Source of the DNA: Thermoplasmata archaeon
GTDB lineage: Archaea > Thermoplasmatota > Thermoplasmata > Lutacidiplasmatales > UBA184
Assembly: GCA_030039865.1 (NCBI GenBank)
Contig: JASHUS010000131.1
Location: forward strand, 1 to 33,616
DNA: 33,616 nt
Reading direction: 5' to 3'
A program made the translations under genes and the position numbers. The notes beneath the pieces are model-generated. The model was not told the origin of the DNA. It saw only the letters and a list, made by a program, of their open reading frames with translations, and made no database searches. Positions within the stretch are counted from its first letter, which is position 1. The number at the start of each line of letters is the position of its first letter. Positions 8,158 to 16,584 of the stretch are shown piece by piece.

Positions 8158-9477
8158 TCAGCTGAAGGCGTTCGACGGCACGTCTCCGGTGAGGCTATGC
8201 TCCCCGACGGCCACGAGTTCGTCACCGAGCAGACCGCTGGGAGAGTAGAGCACGACCGTGTCTCCCCCTTCGAGTCCACCGCTGAACGTCGAGTTGTCGA
8301 TCCAGCTTTCGCTCGAGGTCGAGTAGGTCGCCACCGTGTCCGGGCTCGTCGGAGCGACGAGGGAGACCAGGATTCCGGAGGGCCATGCCACGGTCGCGCC
8401 CGCGGAGTTGCGAAGAGCGAGGGAGATATCCGACGTGGTGACGGAGCTCGAAGCGCCCGCAACCTCGACCGTGTAGCAGTATTCTCCTTGGGTCTCCGGA
8501 CACTGCGCGAACGCCTGCCCGGTCGCATTGGTCGGTACGCCCCAGGCGAATTCGGTCCCGAGCGGCGCGGTGCTCGACGGCGCGGAGTAGGGGCAATCGA
8601 ACATGGAGGTGTTGTACACGCCGCCCTCGAGCGCCCCCGATGTCGCGTTCACGAAGCCCTCGACGGTCGTACCGATGGAGGGACCGGTGCCCGGGGTCGC
8701 ACTGCAGGTCGAGTAGTCCAGCACCCAAAGCGGAGTGTAGACGAGACCTCCTCCCGACGAACTCGGGCTAGCGACCAACACGTAGGTCGCGTTCGCGGAT
8801 TGGTGAGTCGCGACGAACGCCGCCACCGCCGGTGAACTGAGGAACGTCGTCGACACCGTGCTGGAGTCTTGGATACCGGCCGCCGGAAGAGGCGGCAGGA
8901 GCCCGAGCGGGCACGCGGTAGAGTTTGCACCGGAACCGATCTCCGTGACTCCGCCGTTCGCGTACTCGAGCAGAAGCACCGAGGTTCGCGCGGTGTTCAC
9001 GTAGGCGAAGCCCCACGCCGATACCGATCCGTCCGAGTAGTTGCCGGAGTGGGCGGGGATCGAGATCCCGCCGCTCCCGCCGGTGAGGTCGCATCCGCTG
9101 TATGAGCTCGCGTTGGAGTACGGGAGCTCGATGTTCCATCCCAATGCCTCCACGAGATTCCAAGGTCCGCCCGGTAGACCGGCTGCGTAGTTGTCTGCCG
9201 GGCTCGCGGCGGAGAGGTAGGTGGCGCTCGCACCGCTCGACGAGCTCGAGCGACCGATCGAAATGACACCGCTCGCGAAGAGTGCGACGACGAGCACCAC
9301 GACCACGACCACCGCTGCGACCACGATGAGCATCGGTCGAACGTTCCGCGGTCGCGAGGACCCCGAAGGCGGACGAGCCGCGGGCGCGGCAGCCGGCGGC
9401 GGGCTCGCGGGCGGCACGCTCTCGGCGGGGAGGTTCGTGGGGGGGTTCGACGTTCCGGCGTTACCGCTCGCGATCAT
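8158..9477 (-). CDS. Membrane-anchored, Ser/Thr-rich extracellular protein of unknown function (probable glycoprotein)
   Basis: 439 aa. A Pro-rich N-terminus is followed by the TM helix MLIVVAAVVVVVVLVVALFASG. At least eight N-x-S/T sequons are present. No recognisable catalytic motif. Confidence 0.65.
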   Translation of the reverse strand: MIASGNAGTSNPPTNLPAESVPPASPPPAAAPAARPPSGSSRPRNVRPMLIVVAAVVVVVVLVVALFASGVISIGRSSSSSGASATYLSAASPADNYAAGLPGGPWNLVEALGWNIELPYSNASSYSGCDLTGGSGGISIPAHSGNYSDGSVSAWGFAYVNTARTSVLLLEYANGGVTEIGSGANSTACPLGLLPPLPAAGIQDSSTVSTTFLSSPAVAAFVATHQSANATYVLVASPSSSGGGLVYTPLWVLDYSTCSATPGTGPSIGTTVEGFVNATSGALEGGVYNTSMFDCPYSAPSSTAPLGTEFAWGVPTNATGQAFAQCPETQGEYCYTVEVAGASSSVTTSDISLALRNSAGATVAWPSGILVSLVAPTSPDTVATYSTSSESWIDNSTFSGGLEGGDTVVLYSPSGLLGDELVAVGEHSLTGDVPSNAFS

Positions 9478-9663
9478 TTCGATCTCACGTCACCGGGGGA
9501 CTCAACCGCGCGTGCCGAACCCGGGTCGGGTCGGCCGGAGCGGGGGACTTCTCTCCAGCGAATCACGCCGCGCGACACCCAGAGACCGACGTAGTCCGTC
9601 CCGGCGCATATACTCGCGCAATCCGCGGGCGTCCGCGGGACGCGAACCGGCGCGGGACGCGGG

Positions 9664-10857
9664 TCACTTCAGCATCGGCACGCCCAGTCGCTCGAGCGCG
9701 CGTCGCCGAAGATCCGTGAGCGCGTTCATGTAATTCGCGTAGGCGTCGTACGGGCTGTCGTAGCTCGAAAAGTACTGATGGACGCCCTGGTCCGCGCCGT
9801 GCCCGCTGACGTACATGTAGTAGAAGTGGTCGGACGTGAGCAGCTTCCGCCAGTCGTCGAGGATGGCCGGGTCCTTCGACTGGCGTGCGACGAGACCGAC
9901 CTTCTTGACGGCCTCGAACGCCGATCGCTGGAGGTCATTGCCGAGCCAGGCCCCGAGGTCCCGATTCTGGTCAGCCCAGCTCATCGTGTAGGGAACGCTG
10001 ATGGGCGCGCGGGGCGGAAGCTCGGCGGCTTCCTCGACGGTCGCCCAGCCGAGGTTCGGGTGGCGCGCGACTTCCCCCGGGAGCGCGGAGAGGAACTCGA
10101 GGATCCCGGTCTTCGCCGAGTGGTGTTCTCCGAACGTCTCGAAGTCCATGAAGAGGCCGAGGATCTCCCCGGGCGTGGCCGCCAGCCAACGCGCGTACTT
10201 GTCGGCCGTCAGCGGATACTCATTCCAGCCGGTCGACGAGAACCGGAAGCCGACGTCGTCGCTGAGGTGATAGTGACGGAGGAGCAGCGTCACGGTCGGA
10301 GCGTTGGCCGCGCAGTACGGATACGTCGGGGGCTCGCCGCGGAGAGCGCCCTCCCAACCTTCCGCGAGCATCCCGCGGAACCGCTCGCCTTCCGCGAACC
10401 GGGCGAGGTCGTCCGAGTACGCGAGCTCGGTCATTCGGAGCATCTTCGCGTGCGCTCCGAACTCGGTACGCAGGAGGGCCCGGTGTTGCGCGACCTCTTC
10501 CGCGAGCTCGGGCGGTGGCACGAGGAACGCGAGCGAGTGGTAGTACGTCTCGGCCAGGAAGGCCACGTGGCCGGTCCGCTGCAGGGCGCGCAGACGGTCC
10601 AGTACATCGGGGGCCGCGAGACGGGCCTGCTCGACGAACGTTCCCGTCACGGATAGACTGAGGCGAAACTCCGGTCGCGACTCGAGGAGCCGAAGCAGGC
10701 GGTCGAGCGCGGGACGATAGCAGCGGTCCGCGATCCCGCGGAAGATCGCGAGGTTGCGTTCGAGGTCGAAGTACGAACGTCCCGATCCGAGGTCGAGGTA
10801 CCGGAACCGGGCGAGCCGCCACGGTTGGTGCAGGTGAAGATAGAAGACGATCTTCAT
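9664..10857 (-). CDS. Glycoside hydrolase family 57 alpha-amylase-like protein
   Basis: I trimmed the 713-aa track ORF to the ATG at 10857 (MKIVFYLHLHQPWRL...). The HQP motif, FMDFETFGEH and the length (397 aa) fit archaeal GH57 amylases. The upstream part of the track ORF is Arg/Pro/Gly shadow sequence overlapping the next gene. Confidence 0.85.
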   Translation of the reverse strand: MKIVFYLHLHQPWRLARFRYLDLGSGRSYFDLERNLAIFRGIADRCYRPALDRLLRLLESRPEFRLSLSVTGTFVEQARLAAPDVLDRLRALQRTGHVAFLAETYYHSLAFLVPPPELAEEVAQHRALLRTEFGAHAKMLRMTELAYSDDLARFAEGERFRGMLAEGWEGALRGEPPTYPYCAANAPTVTLLLRHYHLSDDVGFRFSSTGWNEYPLTADKYARWLAATPGEILGLFMDFETFGEHHSAKTGILEFLSALPGEVARHPNLGWATVEEAAELPPRAPISVPYTMSWADQNRDLGAWLGNDLQRSAFEAVKKVGLVARQSKDPAILDDWRKLLTSDHFYYMYVSGHGADQGVHQYFSSYDSPYDAYANYMNALTDLRRRALERLGVPMLK

Positions 10858-10922
10858 CGCGGAATCCGCGGACGGACCCGGGCTCCTTAACGAGAGCGGG
10901 CGCGGCGCCGGTCGCGCTCGGA

Positions 10923-12293
10923 TCAGATCGAAAGACCGACCGCGCGCATCGCCTCGAGGTAGACGCCCACCGTCTCCCGCGCGCGCTCGGGCCATCCTTC
11001 GCGCAGCGCTTCCCAGCGGCCCTGGGCGCCCATCGTCGCGCGCAGGGTCGGGTACTCGAGCAGCTCCGCCATCCGGCTCGCGAACTCGTCGACGTCCCAG
11101 AAGTCGACGCGGAACGACGACGAGCTCACCTCGGCCACGCCGCTCGTCTTCGAGATGATCGTGGGGGTGCCGGCGGCCATCGCCTCGAGCGCGGCGATCC
11201 CGAACGGTTCCACGACGCTCGGAAGTACGAAGACCGAGGCGCCCGAAAGGAGGAGCTCCCGCTCCTCGTCGGAGACCTTCCCGAGGAACATCACGCGCTC
11301 GCCGATCCCGAGGCGCGTCGCGAGGTAGATGAGCCGGCCGTACTCCGGCCCCTCGCCGGCGACGACGAAGAGCACGTCGGGGAACGTCTCGGCGATCCGG
11401 GCGCCGGCTCGCAGGAACGTGTCGACGCCCTTCATCGCCGCGAGCCGCCCGACGTAGAGGATGAAGCGCTTCGTCGGGTCGATGCGCTCGAGCCGCTCGG
11501 TCGGGCGCACGGCGTTGTAGATGACGCGCACGCGCGCGGGATCCGCGTGGTACCGATCGATCAGCTGCTGGCGCAAATGGCGGCTGACCGCGATGATCCG
11601 GGTCGCCGCCGAGATGCCGATCTGCTCGCGCTCGAGGATGTGATCCCACGGATGACCGAGCGAGCGATCGTACTCGGTCGAGTGGACCGTCATGACGAGC
11701 GGGCAGTGCAGCCGCCGGGCGAGCTCGCGCGCGCCGACCGTCCCGAACCAGTCGTGTACGTGCACGACGTCGACGGACCCGAGATCGTCCCGCTCGGCCA
11801 CCCACGCGTTGTACCCGTCGGTGGCATCGATGAACGGGCTGTCCGGCGTTCCACCCGTCCAGTAGGCGGGGGGGTACTCGACCCGCGTGGAGCCGCTCGG
11901 TTGCCCCGGATAGCGGAACTCGACCCCCGGTACGGGCGTGAACGGCCCGGTGAAGGGAGTGAGGAACGTGACGCGATGACCGAGCCGCGTCAGCTCGCGG
12001 GTCATCTCATACGAGTGAACGCCGAGCCCACCGGAATGGTGCGGTGGAAACTCCCAGCCCACCATGACGACGTGCAGCGGCCGAGGCGCGGCCTCGGGTC
12101 CCGTCGGGATGGCGGCCGGTCCGCCGGGCGTCCGGACGCCGGCTTCCGGGAGCTCGTCGAGCTGCGAGGTCCGATCGACCCGAGGCACGGAACTCCGCCG
12201 GACCCGGGGCTTGCCCCGCCCTCGACCGGTCGTGCGGCTCCGGCCGGACTTCGTGCGAGGACGGCGGGCCGGCTTGCGCTCCTTCTCGCTCAT
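10923..12293 (-). CDS. glgA: Glycogen-synthase-like GT-B glycosyltransferase with a basic N-terminal extension
   Basis: The core starts at VMVGWEFPPHHSGGLGVH and has the C-terminal E-x7-E region (LPSVVEPFGIAALEAMAAGTP). A 76-aa Lys/Arg-rich extension precedes an internal ATG at 12065, so the start is uncertain. Confidence 0.8.
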   Translation of the reverse strand: MSEKERKPARRPRTKSGRSRTTGRGRGKPRVRRSSVPRVDRTSQLDELPEAGVRTPGGPAAIPTGPEAAPRPLHVVMVGWEFPPHHSGGLGVHSYEMTRELTRLGHRVTFLTPFTGPFTPVPGVEFRYPGQPSGSTRVEYPPAYWTGGTPDSPFIDATDGYNAWVAERDDLGSVDVVHVHDWFGTVGARELARRLHCPLVMTVHSTEYDRSLGHPWDHILEREQIGISAATRIIAVSRHLRQQLIDRYHADPARVRVIYNAVRPTERLERIDPTKRFILYVGRLAAMKGVDTFLRAGARIAETFPDVLFVVAGEGPEYGRLIYLATRLGIGERVMFLGKVSDEERELLLSGASVFVLPSVVEPFGIAALEAMAAGTPTIISKTSGVAEVSSSSFRVDFWDVDEFASRMAELLEYPTLRATMGAQGRWEALREGWPERARETVGVYLEAMRAVGLSI

Positions 12294-12387
12294 CGCGCAC
12301 GATCCCGACGTCGCTCGGCCTCCCGGGGAACCCGGCGGGGTTGATGAAGGGTGCCGCTCCCCGAATCCTGCCCGATAGCGGCCCGGC

Positions 12388-13212
12388 CTAGAATCCGGTG
12401 AGCAGTTCTTCGATCGCGGCGCGCGGGTCCGCCGCCCGGGTCACGGCGCTCGCGACGAGGACGCCCGAACTTCCGAGCTCGAGCGCTTTGGAGACGTCCC
12501 GACGGTCGTGGACACCCGCGCCGCAGAGGACTCGGGTGCCCGGCGCGACCGATCGGACGGCTTCGACCGAGCCCGAGACCACCTCGGGTCGGGCGGTCGA
12601 GACGGCTCGGTCGCCCCCGATCAGTTCCGGTGGTTCGACGGCGAGGAAGGGAGGGGAAAGCCGCGCGAGCCGTCGGGCGGCCGCGACGTCGCGCGCGCAC
12701 ACGACCGCGACCAATCCGAGGGCGCGCAGGCCCTCGACCGCGCGTGCCGAGGTGGCGAAGGGCAGAGGATGTTCCGAGTGATTGACGATGCTCCCCCAGC
12801 CCCCGGCCGCGCGAACGGCTTCCGGCGGGACGAATCCGGTACGCGCTCCGGCGTCCACGGGGTCGACGTGCTGAGCGATCACCGGGATCGACACCGAGGC
12901 CGCGACGCGGCCGAGGTCGGGAGTCGCCGGGGCGATCGCGACCGATACCGCGTGCGCGCTCCCGAGCTCCTCGAGCAGCCGCGCCGTCCGGTCGGCGGCG
13001 GGGCCGAGGTGGCCCGGATACGTCTTCAGATTGACGAGCAGGAGGGGGCTGCCGAGCTCGCCGACCTCAGTGGGCCGGACTCGGTCGTGCCCGTTTCGGC
13101 CGGGAACAGATGGCGTACTCGTCGCCGTCGAAGAAGACCTCCCGGTCGGGGTGCTTTCGCTGGAGCTCGGAGATGCGGGTGAGGACGTCCTCGAGCGTCG
13201 TCGACTCGTCAT
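12388..13212 (-). CDS. tpiA: Triosephosphate isomerase (archaeal type). The true start is probably near 13040-13070, but no ATG/GTG/TTG exists there.
   Basis: LLLVNLKTY, NHSEH, AVEPPELIGG and CGAGV motifs, collinear with archaeal TIMs. The only canonical in-frame start is the ATG at 13212. Its first ~48 codons are low-complexity S/R/T/P and overlap a better-coding frame (see the finding). Confidence 0.85.
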   Translation of the reverse strand: MTSRRRSRTSSPASPSSSESTPTGRSSSTATSTPSVPGRNGHDRVRPTEVGELGSPLLLVNLKTYPGHLGPAADRTARLLEELGSAHAVSVAIAPATPDLGRVAASVSIPVIAQHVDPVDAGARTGFVPPEAVRAAGGWGSIVNHSEHPLPFATSARAVEGLRALGLVAVVCARDVAAARRLARLSPPFLAVEPPELIGGDRAVSTARPEVVSGSVEAVRSVAPGTRVLCGAGVHDRRDVSKALELGSSGVLVASAVTRAADPRAAIEELLTGF

Positions 13213-13276
13213 TCGGATCGATCCTCAGGTGCACCGTTTTCTCGGGTCGTTCGGGGGTATGACCCGTCCCGGGCAT
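13067..13276 (-). CDS. Small conserved-looking hypothetical protein (69 aa from the ATG at 13276; alternative ATG at 13300)
   Basis: MPGTGHTPERPEKTVHLRIDPNDESTTLEDVLTRISELQRKHPDREVFFDGDEYAI... Third-codon positions in the central part are about 90 percent G/C, clearly better than the overlapping tpiA-frame extension. Confidence 0.5.
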   Translation of the reverse strand: MPGTGHTPERPEKTVHLRIDPNDESTTLEDVLTRISELQRKHPDREVFFDGDEYAICSRPKRARPSPAH

Positions 13277-13473
13277 AAGGCACTGGGAGGAACGAAACAT
13301 GGCGGGGGTTTAAGAGGCGTTCGTATCCGGCGGCGGCGCGAACCCGCTCTCGTCGGCCGACGTAAATCATCCGGGCGCGGCGCGGGCGGCCCACCCCGAT
13401 ACACCGTAGCGTGCGAAGGGGTAACAGGTATAACTCCGGGCCGCGTCGCGCCGACGACAGGGGTTTCTCCATC

Positions 13474-15591
13474 ATGGCGGAAGCTCACACGGACGCGCCG
13501 AGCAAGGACGACGAGATGCGCCTGACCGAGGCCGAGATCGCGGTCCATTGGAAGGAAGAGGAATACTTCCATCCGATCCCGAAGTTCATCGGCCAGGCGA
13601 ACCTGACCGACCCGTCGATCGTCGAGCGGTTCTCGGAGAAGAACTTCCCGGAGTGCTTCCGGGAGTACGCCGACCTCCTCTCGTGGGACAAGTACTGGAC
13701 GACGACGCTCGATAGCAGCAACGCACCGTTCTGGAAGTGGTTCGTCGGCGGGAAGCTGAACGTCTCGTACAACTGCGTCGATCGGCATCTCGAGAAGTAC
13801 GGGAACAAGGCGGCGATCCTCTGGGTCTCCGAGGACGAGAGCGAGCCGGTCGTCGCGATCACGTTCCAGGAGCTCTACGCCCGCGTCAACGAGATGGCGG
13901 CGGTCCTTCGCGACTTCTGCGGTCTCAAGACCGGCGACCGGGTCACGATCCACATGCCGATGGTGCCCGAGCTTCCGGTCACCATGCTCGCCTGCGCCCG
14001 CCTCGGCGTGATCCACTCCGTGGTGTTCGGGGGGTTCAGCGGCGAGGCGTGCGGCGCCCGGATCGTCGATTCGGGAAGCCGCGTGCTGATTTCCATGGAT
14101 GGGTACTACCGCTCCGGCAAGGTCATCGACCACAAAGTGGCGGCCGACATCGCCGTCAAGAAGGCCGAGGCGGAGGGGACCAAGGTCGAGAAGGTCCTGA
14201 TCTGGCGGCGCTTCCGGGAGAAGAGCGCGAGCTCGACGCCCCTGGTCGAGGGGCGCGACTTCATCGTCGACGAACTCCTGAAGAAGCACGCGGGGGCCCG
14301 AGTCGCGCCGGTCTCGATGCCCGCCGAGGCGCCGCTCTTCCTGATGTACACGAGCGGCTCGACGGGCAAGCCGAAGGGCGTCCAGCACTCGACGGGCGGC
14401 TATCTCTCGTACGTGACCGCCGCGTCGAAGTTCATCCAGGACATCCACCCCACGGACATCTACTGGTGCATGGCCGACATCGGCTGGATCACCGGCCACT
14501 CGTTCATCGTGTACGGTCCGCTCGCGCTCGCCGCGACGACCGTGATGTACGAGGGCGTTCCGACGCACCCCGACGCCGGTCGTCCCTGGCGCATCGCCGA
14601 GCGCCTGAACGTGAACATCTTCCACACGTCGCCGACGGCGATCCGGATGCTGCGGAAGCTCGGACCCGACGAGCCGAAGAAGTACAACCTCCGCTTCAAG
14701 TGCATGACCACGGTCGGCGAGCCGATCGAGCCCGAGGCGTGGCTCTGGTACTATCGGACGGTCGGGCGGAGCCAGGCGTCGATCACGGACACCTGGTGGC
14801 TCACCGAGACCGGCGGATTCCTCTGCTCGACGAAGCCGGCGATCGACCCCATGAAGCCGGGCAGCACCGGCCCGCCGATGCCGGGCATCTACCCGATCAT
14901 CTTCGACGAGAACGGGAAGGAGATCCCGCCGGGATCGAGCAAGGCCGGCAACATCTGCATCCGCAATCCCTGGCCCGGGATCATGCAGACGATCTGGGGC
15001 GACCCCGAGCGGTTCGTCCGGCAGTACTACGGGAAGTACAACAAGGACAAGAACTCGAAGGATTGGCGCGACTGGCCGTGGCTCGCCGGCGACGGCGCGC
15101 TGATCGGCAAGGACGGCTACATCCGCATCCTCGGCCGCATCGACGACGTGATCAACGTCGCGGGGCACCGCCTCGGGACCAAAGAGCTCGAGTCCGCGTG
15201 CCTCACCGTGCCCGAGGTCGCGGAGGCGGCGGTCGTCCCGATCGTCGACCCCGAGCGCGGTCGGGTTCCCGAGGTGTACATCGCCCTCAAGCCCGGCATC
15301 AAAGCCGACCAGGCGGTCGCCGACAAGGTGACGAAGGCGATCGAGACCGAGATCGGAAAGATCGCGCGACCGCGCACGGTCCGCATCGTCCCCGACATGC
15401 CGAAGACCCGGTCGGGGAAGATCATGCGCCGCGTGCTCGCGTCGATCTCGAACTCGATGGACTACGGCGACATCACGACGCTCGCGAACCCCGAGGTCGT
15501 CGAGCAGATCCGCGTTCAGGTGCAAGGCGCCGGGCCCGTCGAGAAGAAGGCCGGTCCCGAGGACATCCGTCGGTTCGGCGAGACGACCTAG
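13474..15591 (+). CDS. acs: Acetyl-CoA synthetase (AMP-forming acetate--CoA ligase)
   Basis: 705 aa from the ATG at 13474, with WKWFVGGKLNVSYNCVDRHL, YTSGSTGKPKG, WWLTETGG and PKTRSGKIMRR motifs. The GTG at 13411 in the track would place the TATA-like box (13429-13433) inside the gene, so the ATG at 13474 is preferred. Confidence 0.95.
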   Translation: MAEAHTDAPSKDDEMRLTEAEIAVHWKEEEYFHPIPKFIGQANLTDPSIVERFSEKNFPECFREYADLLSWDKYWTTTLDSSNAPFWKWFVGGKLNVSYNCVDRHLEKYGNKAAILWVSEDESEPVVAITFQELYARVNEMAAVLRDFCGLKTGDRVTIHMPMVPELPVTMLACARLGVIHSVVFGGFSGEACGARIVDSGSRVLISMDGYYRSGKVIDHKVAADIAVKKAEAEGTKVEKVLIWRRFREKSASSTPLVEGRDFIVDELLKKHAGARVAPVSMPAEAPLFLMYTSGSTGKPKGVQHSTGGYLSYVTAASKFIQDIHPTDIYWCMADIGWITGHSFIVYGPLALAATTVMYEGVPTHPDAGRPWRIAERLNVNIFHTSPTAIRMLRKLGPDEPKKYNLRFKCMTTVGEPIEPEAWLWYYRTVGRSQASITDTWWLTETGGFLCSTKPAIDPMKPGSTGPPMPGIYPIIFDENGKEIPPGSSKAGNICIRNPWPGIMQTIWGDPERFVRQYYGKYNKDKNSKDWRDWPWLAGDGALIGKDGYIRILGRIDDVINVAGHRLGTKELESACLTVPEVAEAAVVPIVDPERGRVPEVYIALKPGIKADQAVADKVTKAIETEIGKIARPRTVRIVPDMPKTRSGKIMRRVLASISNSMDYGDITTLANPEVVEQIRVQVQGAGPVEKKAGPEDIRRFGETT

Positions 15592-15624
15592 CGCGAGCGG
15601 ATCGGATCCCGTCGGACCGAGATC

Positions 15625-15768
15625 TCACGCCGGGCCGAGGCGAGGATCGTTGAGGTCGAAGCGCTCGCCGCAGCGCGTGCACGCGACGTAGCAGTGGACT
15701 TCGCCGCTGATCGGCTCGGTGAGTCGCCCCCCGCAGAGCGGGCAGGTGGACCGTTCCGGGGCGGCCAT
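15625..15768 (-). CDS. 47-aa zinc-ribbon protein (below the ORF-track size cutoff)
   Basis: MAAPERSTCPLCGGRLTEPISGEVHCYVACTRCGERFDLNDPRLGPA, with a CPxCG...CxRCG pair. Third positions are nearly all G/C. It starts 30 nt downstream of the DUF998 stop on the same strand. Confidence 0.55.
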   Translation of the reverse strand: MAAPERSTCPLCGGRLTEPISGEVHCYVACTRCGERFDLNDPRLGPA

Positions 15769-15798
15769 CGGTCCCGGGACCGCTCGAGGCCGCAGCCG

Positions 15799-16542
15799 CT
15801 AGGCCGAACCGCTCGCGTGCGTCACGCCGCGCGGAGCGTAGGCCCGGATGCGCAGAAGGTGGATCGCCGCGACGAGCGCCCACAGGAGGACGGGGGCCAC
15901 GATCGTCCGTTCGATCCCGCCGACCCCCCAGTCGCCCCAGACACCGCCCCAGGTCCACGCCTTCGCCACGAACAGGATGAGCGCGACGAAGCCGACGACC
16001 CCGCAGATCATCGTGAACGCTCGGAAACCGGACCAGCGCGTATCGCGGAACATGGACAGCGAGAGGACCACGAGGGCGAGGTTCGCGAACAGGAAGGCGA
16101 TGAGCGCCGAGATCATGTGGACGGTGAGGTTGTAGTCCTCGGGCGAGAACCCCACGCCGATCGCCCCGAAGCCCGCCAGCACGAGGAAGCCGAGACCGAT
16201 CCGTCGCGTGGCCCGAGCGGGGAACGCGGTGGTGATCAGGATGGTGCCGACGATGAGGCACAGCCCCATGATCACGATCGAGGCGTTGAAGACCAGGTGC
16301 CACGGCGAACAGACGTAGCGCCCGGCGAGCTCACCGCAGTTGATCGCGCCGAGATCGCTGATGTAGTTGTGCGCGAGGTTGTAGGACGGGTTGCCGGCGC
16401 GGAGGTCCCAGCCGACCTGCGTCAGGATCATCCCGAGGATGAACACCAGGACGCCGACGATCCAGAGGGTCGCTCCGTGGTGGACCGAGCGGTGGACGAG
16501 CGGCCCGTATCGCTCGCCCGGTACTTCCGGTTCGGCCGCCAC
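15799..16542 (-). CDS. DUF998-like integral membrane protein
   Basis: I trimmed the 479-aa track ORF to the GTG at 16542 (VAAEPEVPGERYGPLVHRSVHHGATLWIVGVLVF...), giving 247 aa. It has six hydrophobic helices. A GAGGT Shine-Dalgarno-like element lies about 10 nt upstream. Confidence 0.7.
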   Translation of the reverse strand: MAAEPEVPGERYGPLVHRSVHHGATLWIVGVLVFILGMILTQVGWDLRAGNPSYNLAHNYISDLGAINCGELAGRYVCSPWHLVFNASIVIMGLCLIVGTILITTAFPARATRRIGLGFLVLAGFGAIGVGFSPEDYNLTVHMISALIAFLFANLALVVLSLSMFRDTRWSGFRAFTMICGVVGFVALILFVAKAWTWGGVWGDWGVGGIERTIVAPVLLWALVAAIHLLRIRAYAPRGVTHASGSA

Positions 16543-16584
16543 GTGCTTTCGACCTCGTGCGCTGAATCCGGCTAGTGGGGCCCG

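Noticed and set aside
9540-9551. The 12-mer GCGGGGGACTTC is repeated at 27881-27892
   Set aside because: In 33.6 kb of GC-biased sequence, many chance 12-nt identities are expected. The flanks do not extend the match.
9474-9614. A second ATGA-coupled upstream ORF: GTG at 9578, 34 codons, stop overlapping the exoprotein ATG at 9477, downstream of a TATA-like CATATAC at 9607-9613
   Set aside because: Its G/C third-position content is about the non-coding background and it uses aga, aaa and att codons. Any gene starting ATGA closes that frame automatically. The TATA-to-GTG spacing (about 32 nt) is less exact than in the GH15 case. A plain ~100-nt 5' UTR is more likely.
9664-11805. A 713-aa track ORF suggesting a large fusion protein upstream of the GH57 domain
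   Set aside because: The N-terminal 316 residues are R/P/G/A/D shadow sequence overlapping the glycogen-synthase-like gene (10923-12293) in another frame. The genuine GH57 protein starts at MKIVFYLHLHQPW (ATG at 10857), with a TATA-like element about 31 nt upstream.
13225-15525. A 766-aa ORF antisense to acs. Similar long frames are 864..2228(+), 1946..2875(+), 5757..7058(-), 5792..7108(+), 13737..15653(+), 18152..19534(-), 25360..26616(-) and 29289..30725(+).
   Set aside because: These are GC-driven shadow ORFs. Their translations are Arg/Asp/Gly/Pro/His low complexity. They overlap genes with clear family motifs and strong G/C third-position bias in the other frame or strand.
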